Positions 39,719 through 50,783 of a stretch of 64,000 nt of DNA are shown in pieces (positions within the stretch are counted from its first letter, which is position 1; each line of letters begins with the position of its first letter). The position numbers and the translations under genes are program-made. The notes below the pieces were generated by a model. The model was not told the origin of the DNA and ran no database searches. It worked only from the letters and a program-made list of their open reading frames with translations. The DNA is from Candidatus Poribacteria bacterium (GTDB taxonomy: Bacteria > Poribacteria > WGA-4E > WGA-3G), in the NCBI GenBank assembly GCA_963663765.2, contig CAXXUA010000015.1, positions 512,303 to 576,302 of the forward strand, read 5' to 3'.

Positions 39719-40903
39719 GTGTCTACAGAACCAAACAATGCCGATTCCGCCCATGCGGCGGATATTATTCATCCTCAACCTGTGCCTTTTCTAATTATTC
39801 ATCTTGCATGTTTCGCAATATTTTTTGTAGATGTTCAACCCACGGATTGGATTATATGCGGAGTCCTTTACGTTATCCGTATGTTTGGTATTACAGGGGG
39901 GTTTCATCGCTATTTCTCACACAGAGCATTCAAAACAAGCCGTGGTTTCCAATTCTTTTTAGCATTTCTCGGACAGTGTTCAGCACAACGCGCAACACTC
40001 TGGTGGGCAGCTAAGCATCGGGAACATCACAAGTATTCCGACACAGAAAAAGATGTTCATTCACCAGTCAAACATGGATTTTGGTATTCTCATGTAGGTT
40101 GGATACTTTGCTCACGCGGACTAAGCGTAGATTACAACTTGATAAAGGACTTTCGGAAATATCCGGAACTTGTCTGGCTTGGTAAGTACCATTCACTACC
40201 GGCGGTATTATTAGGTGTGTTCATCTGGATAATTGCTGGCTGGTCTGGTCTGGTCGTGGGTTTTGTAATAAGTACTGTGCTTCTATATCACGGAACTTTT
40301 TCAATTAATTCTCTTTCCCACATTTATGGTAAACAAGATTATGTCACAGGTGATAATTCTCGAAACAACATTTTTCTCGCAATCATTACACTCGGTGAAG
40401 GATGGCATAATAACCACCACCATTTTCCAAGTGCAGCACCACAAGGATTTCGTTGGTGGCAAATTGATATTACATATTATATCCTAAGGCTATTGTCCTT
40501 ATTTAGAATCGTATGGGACCTACGCTTACCGCCAGCACATGTTGTTGAGGGTAAACGCAGAATGTCACTCACTACCGTTGAAAACGCTGCACAGCAACTT
40601 GCTGCGAGTTTCTCTATTGAACAGATTAGTAAAACGGTTTTACAAATATGGGCACATACACCAAAATTAGAAGAACTACGCAAACGAGCTCAAAATGGTC
40701 AGACAGAGGTTGAAGCATTTCTCAAAGAAATGAAGATACTTGAGTTACCAATTATAGGAAATCTTAAAGATAAAGCACAAGCCATGTTTACACACATACC
40801 ATCCTTAAATCCGGTTGTTGAACGGACAAATCAACTCATTGTTCAGGCAGTTTCGGTATGGCTGCTTCAGAACGACATGAGCGAAACAGCGGTTAAGGTA
40901 TAG
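39719..40903 (+). CDS. Delta-9-type acyl-CoA/acyl-lipid desaturase
   Basis: His boxes HRYFSH, HREHH and EGWHNNHH. Confidence 0.93.
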   Translation: MSTEPNNADSAHAADIIHPQPVPFLIIHLACFAIFFVDVQPTDWIICGVLYVIRMFGITGGFHRYFSHRAFKTSRGFQFFLAFLGQCSAQRATLWWAAKHREHHKYSDTEKDVHSPVKHGFWYSHVGWILCSRGLSVDYNLIKDFRKYPELVWLGKYHSLPAVLLGVFIWIIAGWSGLVVGFVISTVLLYHGTFSINSLSHIYGKQDYVTGDNSRNNIFLAIITLGEGWHNNHHHFPSAAPQGFRWWQIDITYYILRLLSLFRIVWDLRLPPAHVVEGKRRMSLTTVENAAQQLAASFSIEQISKTVLQIWAHTPKLEELRKRAQNGQTEVEAFLKEMKILELPIIGNLKDKAQAMFTHIPSLNPVVERTNQLIVQAVSVWLLQNDMSETAVKV

Positions 40904-41105
40904 AGAATACTGATTAGGGTTGGGTTAGACTAATAATAAAATCTAACTCCACCCAAACGGTACAGAAATGTAAAAAATCATTCATTGAGACCGAGCCTTA
41001 TACGGTTGAACTCATTCAGAATTGAACAGAATAGCAACGAAGATGCGTATATTCCACTATAACCACATATTCCGTGATGAGAGACATGTTTTGCTCTGAT
41101 ATACC

Positions 41106-41960
41106 ATGGAGGGAATGATGAATAACCTAATAGACTTTAAATTCAAGCAGAGAAAATATATTCCTGTTATTCCAAAAGCAAATGGGAAACCAACCATCTA
41201 CATTGAAGGATACCCTTGTGAGGACGACGAACCTATGGCTGCAACAGGATTTCATGGTGTGCAGATTAATACCTTTTATGACCAACTCTCGCGATATTTC
41301 GCTATCAATGATCATATATATATCGGTGTTGACAGTTTTATTTACTATCGTGAAGGAGACATCACAAAGTCCATTGCTCCTGATGTTTATGTCGTTTTCG
41401 GTGTTGCTAAAGGTCCCGAGCGTCGCAGTTTTTATACTTGGTCAGAAGGTGCAGTGCCTGTAGCAGTTTTTGAGTTTCTCTCTGATTCAACTGTAAATCA
41501 GGATCGAAATAAAAAAGTTGGGTTGTATCTAAATGATATCGGTGTTCAAGAATACTTTATCCATCAACCTGAAATGAAAAAACCTGCAGAGTTTCTTGGG
41601 TGGCGGGGAAGTCCATCGGGTAACATTGTTGAGATGGTGCCGGATGCAACTGGCGGCATATTCAGCAAAGTGCTGAATCTCTGGTTTCGCTGGAAGGAGG
41701 ATCAATCGACACAAGTGAGACTTTTACGTCCATATCTGCCCGATGGCACACCCATAACAACGTCTATGGAAGAAAAACAGCTACGAGAACAAGAACAACA
41801 ACTGCGAGAACAAGAACAACATCGACGCTTGGAAGCGGAAGCGCGCGCTGAAGAGGCAGAAAGGGTTGTAAGGAAAGAAGCAGAACAGCGGCAGATATTA
41901 GAGGCAGAGGTAGAACGTCTCCGTGCACAACTCGCTAACCGCCAAGGCGAAAACGCGTGA
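41106..41960 (+). CDS. Uma2-family putative endonuclease with coiled-coil tail
   Basis: APDVYV...AVFEFLS.ST...D..KK..Y..IGV.EY; E/R/Q-rich tail. Confidence 0.9.
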   Translation: MEGMMNNLIDFKFKQRKYIPVIPKANGKPTIYIEGYPCEDDEPMAATGFHGVQINTFYDQLSRYFAINDHIYIGVDSFIYYREGDITKSIAPDVYVVFGVAKGPERRSFYTWSEGAVPVAVFEFLSDSTVNQDRNKKVGLYLNDIGVQEYFIHQPEMKKPAEFLGWRGSPSGNIVEMVPDATGGIFSKVLNLWFRWKEDQSTQVRLLRPYLPDGTPITTSMEEKQLREQEQQLREQEQHRRLEAEARAEEAERVVRKEAEQRQILEAEVERLRAQLANRQGENA

Positions 41961-42148
41961 CACTTTAGAATGAACCACTATCCTATAGAGTACTGCTCTT
42001 AATTTCCATTGTATGGGACAGAGAGTTGATATATAATTTTCCAAACCTGACAGATATTCTGGAATAGATGCGGTCAGAACTCACAACATTACACCATTTC
42101 AAACTAACAAATCAAGTTATTTTTCGGTAAAATATAAGAATTATCATT

Positions 42149-42676
42149 TTGGAGGTGATTAACTTTATGCAACAAATTGATCCAAGACAATTTCTTGAAA
42201 CCGATACATTGCTCAATAAGTTCCAAGGACAAGCAGTGTTCATAACGTATGACGGTATAAAACAACTAAAGATAACTAAAATAGAGAAATATGAGATCCA
42301 TTCCGATGATGATGCATTGCATAAAACAGATATCGTCTTTTCTCTAACCCCAAAAACAGCAAATAACTTGGGTGACGCATTGCGGGTCAACAAAAAACTT
42401 GAAGCTGAAAAACTACGCACAGATAAGGACCCCATTAAACGACCAAGAATCATTGGAAAACGTCCTATGCGTAAGTTAGCAAAAAAATACGTCAAAGTTA
42501 CTTTTCTTAACGGATACATACTATACGGTATACCGCTTGAATACAATGATTATAACTTCACAATGAATGTTAATGACCAGATAGTCCTTGTATATAGACA
42601 CGCAATCTATCAATTTGATATGGTCAAAAATAGTAAAAGTGTAAATCAACGGAAGGAAAACACCAATGAAAAATAA
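42149..42676 (+). CDS. Hypothetical protein with C-terminal Hfq/Sm-like domain
   Basis: VKVTFLNGYILYG....YNDYNF......VLVYRHAI resembles Hfq Sm1/Sm2 (YKHAI). Confidence 0.65.
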   Translation: MEVINFMQQIDPRQFLETDTLLNKFQGQAVFITYDGIKQLKITKIEKYEIHSDDDALHKTDIVFSLTPKTANNLGDALRVNKKLEAEKLRTDKDPIKRPRIIGKRPMRKLAKKYVKVTFLNGYILYGIPLEYNDYNFTMNVNDQIVLVYRHAIYQFDMVKNSKSVNQRKENTNEK

Positions 42677-43562
42677 ATCGTCTTATCGTGTGGCACCACC
42701 TGGATTTACAACGGAACAGTGGGAGACATTCAACAAAGACGGTATTATCTTCATTGAGGACGCAATCTCCGATGAAGATGTTGAAATCTATAAAGATGCG
42801 ATAGACCGCGTAGCATCAAAAAACCCTAAGTATCAACCGGGGAATTACCTCGGAATGCAGAACATCGTTGAACGCGATCCAGTTTTTACAGGATTGATAG
42901 ACCATGAACGTCATGTTGGTTTTGCTTATGATCTTTATGGTGAACTTCTTAAATTACATATAAGCCAGTTTTTCCTGCGTCCACAAGGAGGTAAACAGTA
43001 CAATCAGTGGCATCCTGATGGTGCTCGGGCATTACCTTATGGGGTCTTTTCTCCGAAATTACCGCTGCAAATCAAAGTCGGATATTGGCTAACAGACCTA
43101 CCGCATGAGAAGATGGGGAATATCGTTGTGCTGCCGGGAAGTCATAGACATCAATATATGGATGGATATGATACACACGAGAGTATCCCTGGAGAAATGG
43201 TTGTTTGTCCGCCTAAAGGCACAATGACAGTGATGCACTCCAGTATTTGGCATCGTGTGGAACCCAATGAAAGTGATGTAGTACGTTATAACATTTTTGT
43301 TGCCTATTGTCCATCGTGGGTAACACCTGCGGATCGTTTCCATTCCTCACCAGAGTGGGTAAAGACGCTCAACCGCGAGCAACGTATCATTATGCGGAGT
43401 TACGCTAATGCCTATCATAATGCCAAACCTCCCGCATCAGAATTTCCGCTCTTTTTAGATCGCGCGACCGGTTCTGACGCAGATGTAGACAAGTATTTGG
43501 ATCATGTCCAACTTCATAGACGCAAACGACAGACAACAGCAGAACGTATTGTTGGCATATAA
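42666..43562 (+). CDS. PhyH-family dioxygenase
   Basis: WHPD, VLPGSH, IWH..N. Confidence 0.88.
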   Translation: MKNKSSYRVAPPGFTTEQWETFNKDGIIFIEDAISDEDVEIYKDAIDRVASKNPKYQPGNYLGMQNIVERDPVFTGLIDHERHVGFAYDLYGELLKLHISQFFLRPQGGKQYNQWHPDGARALPYGVFSPKLPLQIKVGYWLTDLPHEKMGNIVVLPGSHRHQYMDGYDTHESIPGEMVVCPPKGTMTVMHSSIWHRVEPNESDVVRYNIFVAYCPSWVTPADRFHSSPEWVKTLNREQRIIMRSYANAYHNAKPPASEFPLFLDRATGSDADVDKYLDHVQLHRRKRQTTAERIVGI

Positions 43563-43573
43563 GGTCAATCAAA

Positions 43574-44761
43574 ATGAAAAACCTATTCCTTAAAGACATG
43601 CGTTACCGTCAAGCACGGGTAGTGTTAACTGCAATTGGCATCACTGTGCTGATTTCACTGATTCTGTTGTTGGGTGGTATCATGAACGGGATGCGTATTC
43701 AAGCACAGCAGTACGTAAAATCTACAGGGGCGGACATCTGGATTTCTGCAGAGGGTTCTGGTGGTGCGTTCATCGGGTTTTCCCTTTTGATAGAAGAAAC
43801 AATGGCACCATTGAATGCATCTAAAGACTTTGAAGAGGGAACTGTGTCCCCGCTTATTTTTGCTCAAGCACAACCGAAAATCCGAGAAAAAAACACTAAA
43901 GCTATTGTTGTTGGATATCAGTTAGGGAAACTTGGTGGACCAAAAAACGTTGTTGACGGTAGAATGTTTCAATCCAGCGAATATAAGGACTATCGTCCAG
44001 AAGATCCAGTTCCGCATGAAGTAATTGTAGATGAAAAAATGGGACTTGAAATCGGAGAACAAATTACCATCGGAACAGAAACCGTTAAGGTTGTTGGAAA
44101 AACCAGTAGTTTGATGTTTGTTTTAGATACTCCCCTACTATTTATGGATATTCGCGTTGCACAACAAGTACTGCTTGGGAACTATCCGCGTGTAAATATG
44201 ATGATTGCCAAGGTAAACATGAAACAGGAGTTAGCTAAGGTCACTGCAAATTTTGATGCTTCCGATGCGATTGAAGTACGTACTGTAACACAAACACTCA
44301 AAGACATTATCGGATATTATGTTGATGAACCGATGAAAGCGGTACAATTTCTACGGGTCATGTTGTGGTTGGCGGCTGGTTTGCTTGTTGGGATGATTAC
44401 TTATGTGACCATGTTGGAAAAGACGCAGGAAATTGGTGTGCTAAAAGCCATTGGCGCATCAAATAGATATGTGATGGCATTGCTGCTAAAACAGGTTGCA
44501 ATTATCTCTGTTGTTGGTGTTGTTGCAGGATTTTGTCTTTCCTATATATTCGCTGCAGCTGCACCCATTTTTGTTTCAATACATTTGGTTGAATCCATCA
44601 TCGTAGCTATTATTAGTTTTATTGTTTGTTGTGGTAGTGGTTATCTTGCCGCACGTAAGGCAATTATGGTCGATCCAATGATTGCATTCCGCGGTGAGAT
44701 TGATAGCGGAATGTCCAAACCTAATCCAAGTCTTCAAACTTTAGTTTACGATGAAGTTTGA
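43574..44761 (+). CDS. ABC transporter permease (MacB/FtsX type)
   Basis: N-terminal TM, periplasmic domain, EIGVLKAIGA, DP..AFR. Confidence 0.92.
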   Translation: MKNLFLKDMRYRQARVVLTAIGITVLISLILLLGGIMNGMRIQAQQYVKSTGADIWISAEGSGGAFIGFSLLIEETMAPLNASKDFEEGTVSPLIFAQAQPKIREKNTKAIVVGYQLGKLGGPKNVVDGRMFQSSEYKDYRPEDPVPHEVIVDEKMGLEIGEQITIGTETVKVVGKTSSLMFVLDTPLLFMDIRVAQQVLLGNYPRVNMMIAKVNMKQELAKVTANFDASDAIEVRTVTQTLKDIIGYYVDEPMKAVQFLRVMLWLAAGLLVGMITYVTMLEKTQEIGVLKAIGASNRYVMALLLKQVAIISVVGVVAGFCLSYIFAAAAPIFVSIHLVESIIVAIISFIVCCGSGYLAARKAIMVDPMIAFRGEIDSGMSKPNPSLQTLVYDEV

Positions 44762-44773
44762 GAAAATAACAAA

Positions 44774-45530
44774 TAATACCAATTCTATGTGATAATGTCT
44801 CATTAGCGGAGGAGATCTGGTAGGAGCGACCTCCCGGTCGCGACCGGGAGGTCGCTCCTACCGAAGAAAGTAATCTCCAACCAGTAGTAAACAGTGGAAT
44901 TCCTTAATAAGACAGGATTTATTAGAAATAGTATAATAATTCATTGATAAAGAAGTTGATATATCGGGTTTGAAAACCCACTCATAAAATTAACTCAGGG
45001 TTATTCAGTTTTAGGTGTTTTTGATGAGATTTTACTATAACGTTAATATTATGTGTTGCCATATTGTCCATGTCTTTAGTCCCGTAGGGACGATATGTTT
45101 ATAGAAAAAAGTTATCTACCCCTCTTGAGTTCCGTAGGAACGGCATATAAGAATAAACATATCGTCCCTATGGGACTAAGAACTGGAAAGGGTACTCGTA
45201 TTCTATAAACATATCGTCTCTACAGGACTAAAGACCGATGTTCAGGTTTCAATAATCTAAAATTGATGTGTGGTGTCAAATCAAGAAATCAACGGTATGA
45301 AATGCCTTGGGCGAATACGCGTATGGTACTCGCCATAAGACCCCGGGTGGTAATCGCTATGATTCCCCGAGTCTCTGTGCCTGTCCATTGTTTCCTTTTT
45401 GAATACATGGCGGGACACGGAGACACCGCCCTACAATGTGCGACTGGATTTATCGCTTAAATCGATACCTATGGTGCGGTTAGGAAACCGCACCTACCAC
45501 AATGTTATGGTAGTTTTAGATTTCACTATA
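44774..45530. repeat. Nest of MITEs/REPs (IS630-ended at 44774-44935; ISAs1-type end at 44996; several hairpins)
   Basis: Shares ends and hairpins with other copies in the window. Confidence 0.8.
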
Positions 45531-45549
45531 ATACTTTGAGGCATCTGTT

Positions 45550-46224
45550 ATGACAACCATCGTAAAAGGCATAGGTTTAAAGAAACGTTTTGGTTATGGT
45601 GATGCTGCTGTCACTGCAATTGACTCGGTTGATATCCAAATTGAAGAAAGCGAATTGGTGATGCTTATGGGTGATAGCGGATGTGGCAAGACAACTCTGA
45701 TAAGTCTACTCGGATGCATTTTAACGCCAGATGAAGGTGAATTACAAATTGATGGTAAAGCGATAGATCCCTATAATCAAGATTTAAGTGCTATACGCAG
45801 AGAAAAAATTGGGTTTGTTTTTCAGATGTTTCACCTACTACCATATCTGACTGCGCTTGAAAACGTCATGGTTGCAATGGATATTGCTAAGATAAATAGT
45901 ACTGAAGCCAAAAATCGTGGAATAGAACTGCTTACGCGAATTGGCTTAAGTGAACGGTTACATCATCGTCCTGCACAGTTATCAGGTGGAGAAAAGCAAC
46001 GTGTTTCATTTGCGCGCGCACTCGCAAACCGACCAAAAATCATCTTTGCTGATGAACCAACCGCGAACTTGGACAGCAGACAAAGTGACAACTTGATGAA
46101 CCTATTTCAAGAACTGAGGAAAGAACATCAAACAACGATCGTCATTGTAACTCACCATGAGGGGTTAAGACAGAACGCCGACAGAATCATTCACATGAAA
46201 GATGGAAGGATAGTTGCATCTTGA
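45550..46224 (+). CDS. ABC transporter ATP-binding protein (LolD/MacB type)
   Basis: GDSGCGKTT, LSGGEKQR, ADEPT, VTH. Confidence 0.95.
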   Translation: MTTIVKGIGLKKRFGYGDAAVTAIDSVDIQIEESELVMLMGDSGCGKTTLISLLGCILTPDEGELQIDGKAIDPYNQDLSAIRREKIGFVFQMFHLLPYLTALENVMVAMDIAKINSTEAKNRGIELLTRIGLSERLHHRPAQLSGGEKQRVSFARALANRPKIIFADEPTANLDSRQSDNLMNLFQELRKEHQTTIVIVTHHEGLRQNADRIIHMKDGRIVAS

Positions 46225-47627
46225 ATAGTAAAATAATCATTAGATTCGTTAGTTGCTGTATTCTTAGTGCAAATCTTCTTTTTACTAATACTACATTGAA
46301 CTATGCGGAAGAACTATTAACCCCAATGAGTCAGCAAGACTTTCTAACCAGTGGGTTTAACGGAGGCGGTTTATCGTTCATCAACGGAGATGCTTACGTA
46401 CGGTTACAATTGCAACCGGAAGTACCAATAGGCAAAGTGCGTATCGGGTTTGACCTCGTATTACTCTACAACCCTTACGCAGAAGACGGTGAAAATCAAT
46501 TCCTTGCCGAAGATGGTGAGATATGGGACAGTACAAGTACTTGGTTACGTTTGATTCGTTTTATCAGTTTTGGAGATCTTTATGATCCATTTTACTTCCG
46601 CGTTGGTGAATTCGACTATCTCACGATTGGACACGGTTCAATTATGTCGGGTTATTCCAATCATGATCGTCGTGGAATACACCTGAACGTACGAGGTGTT
46701 GACAACCGATACGGTGTTGAGACGATGCTCAACGATCTTGGTGATCCTACCATTTTTGGTGTACGTGGTTTTATCAGACCTTTTCTACAACCGGAGAACA
46801 ATAATCTATTCACACGATTTGAAGTCGGTGCTTCTTATATCACCGATATAGATCCTAATCCGATGGAAAAAGATGAAGAACCATTCAATGTTGTCGGAGT
46901 AGATGTAGGTTTCCCTATATTTGATAGTAGTTCTTTTCGTTTGGATGTATATAACGACATCGCATTGCAGAATCCACCACTTGATCCCGCGACATTTGCG
47001 GCGGCAGCTAATGAAATTGAAAAAAGTGCAGAATCAGAGTCTGAAGAGACATTGTTATCAAGAGAACCCATGCAAACAGAACTCACATGGGGAAATGCAA
47101 CAGGGATCGGTTTTACTTCTACCAAAGCAATTTTTAAAATTGAATATCGCATTTTTGAAGATGGTTATATTCCCGCAGTTTTTGATTATACATACGAAAC
47201 GGGTGAACCTGAATTCTGGGGTTATGAAAAAAGCGATGTAACACGACGTGGATTTTTCACGCAACTCATCTGGCAACCAATTCCGCAACTCCATCTCTTG
47301 GGTGCTTTTGAAAGTTACAACAATGACACGTCCAAGATCTATCTCGGTGTGATAGAATCGGGATTGGTACCACGGCTAAAATTTCGGGCATTCTACACAA
47401 AACGGAATATAGGAGAAGATGTAGAAACACACTTTTTCACTGATATTTTTGACCTTGATGAGAAGTCTGCGCTTAACCTTGAAATCCGATATATGATCTT
47501 TACACCTGTTGAAACGATTGTCATTAAGGAATACCGATTCAGACGAGTACAAACTGATTCTGGTCTTATTGAATTTGAACCTATCCACAAAACCTCTATT
47601 GTGTTTGGAGTTAGTACTGATTTTTAA
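46221..47627 (+). CDS. Hypothetical secreted / outer-membrane beta-barrel-like protein
   Basis: Signal-like N-terminus, amphipathic beta-strands, terminal Phe. Confidence 0.6.
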   Translation: MNSKIIIRFVSCCILSANLLFTNTTLNYAEELLTPMSQQDFLTSGFNGGGLSFINGDAYVRLQLQPEVPIGKVRIGFDLVLLYNPYAEDGENQFLAEDGEIWDSTSTWLRLIRFISFGDLYDPFYFRVGEFDYLTIGHGSIMSGYSNHDRRGIHLNVRGVDNRYGVETMLNDLGDPTIFGVRGFIRPFLQPENNNLFTRFEVGASYITDIDPNPMEKDEEPFNVVGVDVGFPIFDSSSFRLDVYNDIALQNPPLDPATFAAAANEIEKSAESESEETLLSREPMQTELTWGNATGIGFTSTKAIFKIEYRIFEDGYIPAVFDYTYETGEPEFWGYEKSDVTRRGFFTQLIWQPIPQLHLLGAFESYNNDTSKIYLGVIESGLVPRLKFRAFYTKRNIGEDVETHFFTDIFDLDEKSALNLEIRYMIFTPVETIVIKEYRFRRVQTDSGLIEFEPIHKTSIVFGVSTDF

Positions 47628-47633
47628 ATTCTT

Positions 47634-49529
47634 ATGGAACAGACTGAGACAACAGATGTCGTAGATTTTACGAAGCAACGCACTGAATTAGAAGGTATTT
47701 CAAAATGGATATTTGAGATAGCATCGGTCTTTTTTGTTGGTTTCTACATCTATAGTGCGGGGTTTGGAACAGCTGCTGAACAGTATCATCTCGGTTTCTA
47801 TCTTCTTCTGACTTTTTTCTTAATAGGTTTCCTTTATAAATTCAATCAAAGTTCCCCTTCTAAACGTCCCTCCATTATTGATATATTCCTTGCAGGTTTG
47901 AGTGTAATTTCGATCGGTTATTGGATAGTAGAATATCCTAACATTGCTAACCGCGCAGGAGCATATACATCTATAGATATAGTAATGGCTGCAATAGGTG
48001 TCATCGTTAGTTTGGAGATGAGTCGGCGAACAGTGGGATGGGGGTTACCCATCATCGCATCGGTTGGTATAGTGTATGCGTTGTTCGGTCGGTATATGCC
48101 ATTTGCTATTTCCCACCAAGGTTTTTCTATACAAAGGATAATTGAGCACTGCTTCTTTGCACAAGATGGTGTGTTCGGTATAATGGCAAGTGTTATGGCA
48201 ACCTATGTCATTCTATTTATCTTTTTCGGTGCATTCTTAGAGAAATCAGGAGTTGGTCAGTTCTTCATTAACCTTCCGATGTCACTCACGGGTCGTTCAA
48301 TTGGTGGGGCTGCGAAAGTTTCTGTCGTAACCTCTGGTTTCTTCGGTTCTGTTGCGGGGAGTGCAATTGCCAACACAGTTACAACCGGTGCATTTACGAT
48401 TCCATTGATGAAGCGTACAGGTTTTCGTCCGCATATAGCAGGGGCAGTTGAAGCCTCTGCCTCTGTCGGGGGACAGTTCCTACCACCTGTAATGGGGGCA
48501 GGAGCATTCTTGATAGCTGAACGGACAGGTGTTTCGTATAGCAAAATTGCCCTTATATCTATTGTCCCCGCGGTTTTATACTTCTTATCTGTTTGGGTGA
48601 TGGTACATTTTGAAGCAAAAAAACAGGGACTTGAACCGATTCCTATTCAAGAAATACCGAAACTATCCACACTCCTTAAAACAGGATGGTATTACCTTTT
48701 ACCAATCATTACACTCATTACCTCACTTATGTTGGGGTATTCTGCGTATAAATCTGCATTTTACTCTATTTTCGTCACTATTATTGTAAGTTATTTCCGT
48801 CCCGAAACAAGGTTAACACCAATACGTATTTGGGAGGCGATGGTCAACGGATGTAAGAATTCTCTCGCAATTGGTGGAGCAGTGGGTACTATTGGTGTCA
48901 TCGTTGCGGTAATTGATCTGACAGGTTTAGGTAATATATTTCCAGAATTAGTCATTTCAATCGCTGGAAATAACAAAGCCATTGCCATTTTGTTTCTCGC
49001 TGCTGCTTCATTAGTCCTTGGAATGGGGATTCCTGTCACTGCTGCATATCTGATTACATCGCAAATAGCTGTACCTATATTGATGGATCCCGAGATGGGA
49101 ATTCCAATGATCGCAGCACATCTGATAATATTTTGGTTGAGTCAGGATTCAAACATTACACCGCCAGTTGCATTGGGTGCTTATGCTGGTGCTGCTATAG
49201 CGCGAGCGGATCCTTGGAAGACGGGTTGGGCATGTTTTAAATTTGCTAAATTATTGTATATCATGCCGCTGCTATTTGCTTATACACATATCCTATTTAT
49301 ATCAGGAACTCTATTGCAACAAGTGATGTCCGTTGTAACAGCATTGGTCGGTACAATCATCTTCTCTATTGTAACGATGGGTTACTTTGTTAGGAAAACG
49401 CGTTGGTATGAATCTATATTGATGGCAAGTGCTGCGTTTCTCGCATATACACATAACGCATGGACGTTCATTTTTGGAATGGTATTGTTTGCCGTAGTCT
49501 TTGTTGTTCAGAAACGGACTGCGATGTAA
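47634..49529 (+). CDS. TRAP transporter fused 4TM/12TM permease
   Basis: ANTVTTGAFTIPLMK, EASAS.GGQ.LPP.MGAGAF, ITPPVAL. Confidence 0.93.
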   Translation: MEQTETTDVVDFTKQRTELEGISKWIFEIASVFFVGFYIYSAGFGTAAEQYHLGFYLLLTFFLIGFLYKFNQSSPSKRPSIIDIFLAGLSVISIGYWIVEYPNIANRAGAYTSIDIVMAAIGVIVSLEMSRRTVGWGLPIIASVGIVYALFGRYMPFAISHQGFSIQRIIEHCFFAQDGVFGIMASVMATYVILFIFFGAFLEKSGVGQFFINLPMSLTGRSIGGAAKVSVVTSGFFGSVAGSAIANTVTTGAFTIPLMKRTGFRPHIAGAVEASASVGGQFLPPVMGAGAFLIAERTGVSYSKIALISIVPAVLYFLSVWVMVHFEAKKQGLEPIPIQEIPKLSTLLKTGWYYLLPIITLITSLMLGYSAYKSAFYSIFVTIIVSYFRPETRLTPIRIWEAMVNGCKNSLAIGGAVGTIGVIVAVIDLTGLGNIFPELVISIAGNNKAIAILFLAAASLVLGMGIPVTAAYLITSQIAVPILMDPEMGIPMIAAHLIIFWLSQDSNITPPVALGAYAGAAIARADPWKTGWACFKFAKLLYIMPLLFAYTHILFISGTLLQQVMSVVTALVGTIIFSIVTMGYFVRKTRWYESILMASAAFLAYTHNAWTFIFGMVLFAVVFVVQKRTAM

Positions 49530-49685
49530 TACCAATTCAAATAAATCTTGTCTCATTAAGGAATTCTACTGTTTACTGGCAGGGGGTTACTCTCCTCGGT
49601 AGGAGCGACCTCCCGGTCGCGACCGGGAGGTCGCTCCTACCAGATTTCCGCTGCTAATGAAACATTATCACATGAAAATGGTATA
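49527..49685. mobile_element. IS630-ended REP-carrying MITE
   Basis: TAATACCAATTC...AAAATGGTATA; homolog of the 18491 unit. Confidence 0.88.
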
Positions 49686-49694
49686 AGTTGTCAT

Positions 49695-50546
49695 TCACGG
49701 CTTATCTGCTATTTCTTGAAGTCTATTCAGTATCTTCAATGCAACTTGATGAGACGCATCTTCATTGAATTCCTCAACTGCACTCCCTCCTCTGTATAAG
49801 TTTCCTCTATAATACCTTTGAAATATAAAGTATGTCCAAAGTGCTGCATCAATGTAATTCCCTTCCAGTACTGTATCTACTGTAACATATCCGAGCACTC
49901 CATTTAACAATAGTGCGTTAATCCCACTACTCCATTTTCCTGCATACATCTGTCCTGCGCCTGGAATGACTGCAGAAAGCACTTTTGCAAATCGGATAGA
50001 TTTTTGCGGTAGATTTTCTGCTTCTTCTAATAGTCGGTTAAGTTCTTCATCATTTGTATAGTACTGTAATGTCTCGCGCGCCTTCATCCATCGGAACTGA
50101 TAGATATTTGACACTGCCTGCAAAAAGAGTGAACGTTTCGTTTGAGTATTATCTGCATTTCGCAGCATTACTTTAATCAGTTCTAACCTTGCAAGATCGT
50201 AGTGCTTTGCAGCAATCAATATCACAGCTAAATCAAGTTGGTATTCCGATTTCTCTTTCAGTGTTGTGGCATGCAGCATAGCATTACGCATGGCAACAGT
50301 AGCGTCTTGAAACAATCCTTGTTCTCTAAATGCAAGTCCGATTTTATGATATGTTTCGGCTGCCCGATTATCTTCAGGATTAAAAAACAGAAACCGTTTG
50401 TATTCTGTTATTGCAGCATCGTAGTTTTCCACTGCAAAAAAATGGTTACCAATTGCAATAGGGTCTTCCATTGCAAAAGAAGTTATGTTGATGCAAGAAA
50501 TTGGGATGATAATAGAGGTAAGGAGAATGTAAAGTTTAGACTTCAT
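49695..50546 (-). CDS. TPR-containing membrane-associated protein
   Basis: Signal peptide, TPR pattern, SAVIPGAGQMYAG motif. Confidence 0.8.
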   Translation of the reverse strand: MKSKLYILLTSIIIPISCINITSFAMEDPIAIGNHFFAVENYDAAITEYKRFLFFNPEDNRAAETYHKIGLAFREQGLFQDATVAMRNAMLHATTLKEKSEYQLDLAVILIAAKHYDLARLELIKVMLRNADNTQTKRSLFLQAVSNIYQFRWMKARETLQYYTNDEELNRLLEEAENLPQKSIRFAKVLSAVIPGAGQMYAGKWSSGINALLLNGVLGYVTVDTVLEGNYIDAALWTYFIFQRYYRGNLYRGGSAVEEFNEDASHQVALKILNRLQEIADKP

Positions 50547-50571
50547 ATAGGTAATATAAAGGAATATAAGA

Positions 50572-50708
50572 TATAGTGGATTTTAGAATTATTTTTACAC
50601 TTTCAGGTGTAGGAGGGAACTCCGATTCCCGACTATCAAGGCGTTCAGTCGCGATTCGGAGATCGCTCCTACAGAAGAAGTCTAAACTTAATTGTATATT
50701 TCACTATA
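50572..50708. mobile_element. MITE with TATAGTG...CACTATA ends carrying a REP doublet
   Basis: REP pair at 50609-50672 nearly identical to 9382-9445. Confidence 0.7.
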
Positions 50709-50783
50709 AAAAGTGAATCATATTTTTCGCATGTAATAGATAATAATACTAATGGATAAATATGTCAAGTTGAATTCAGAAAA

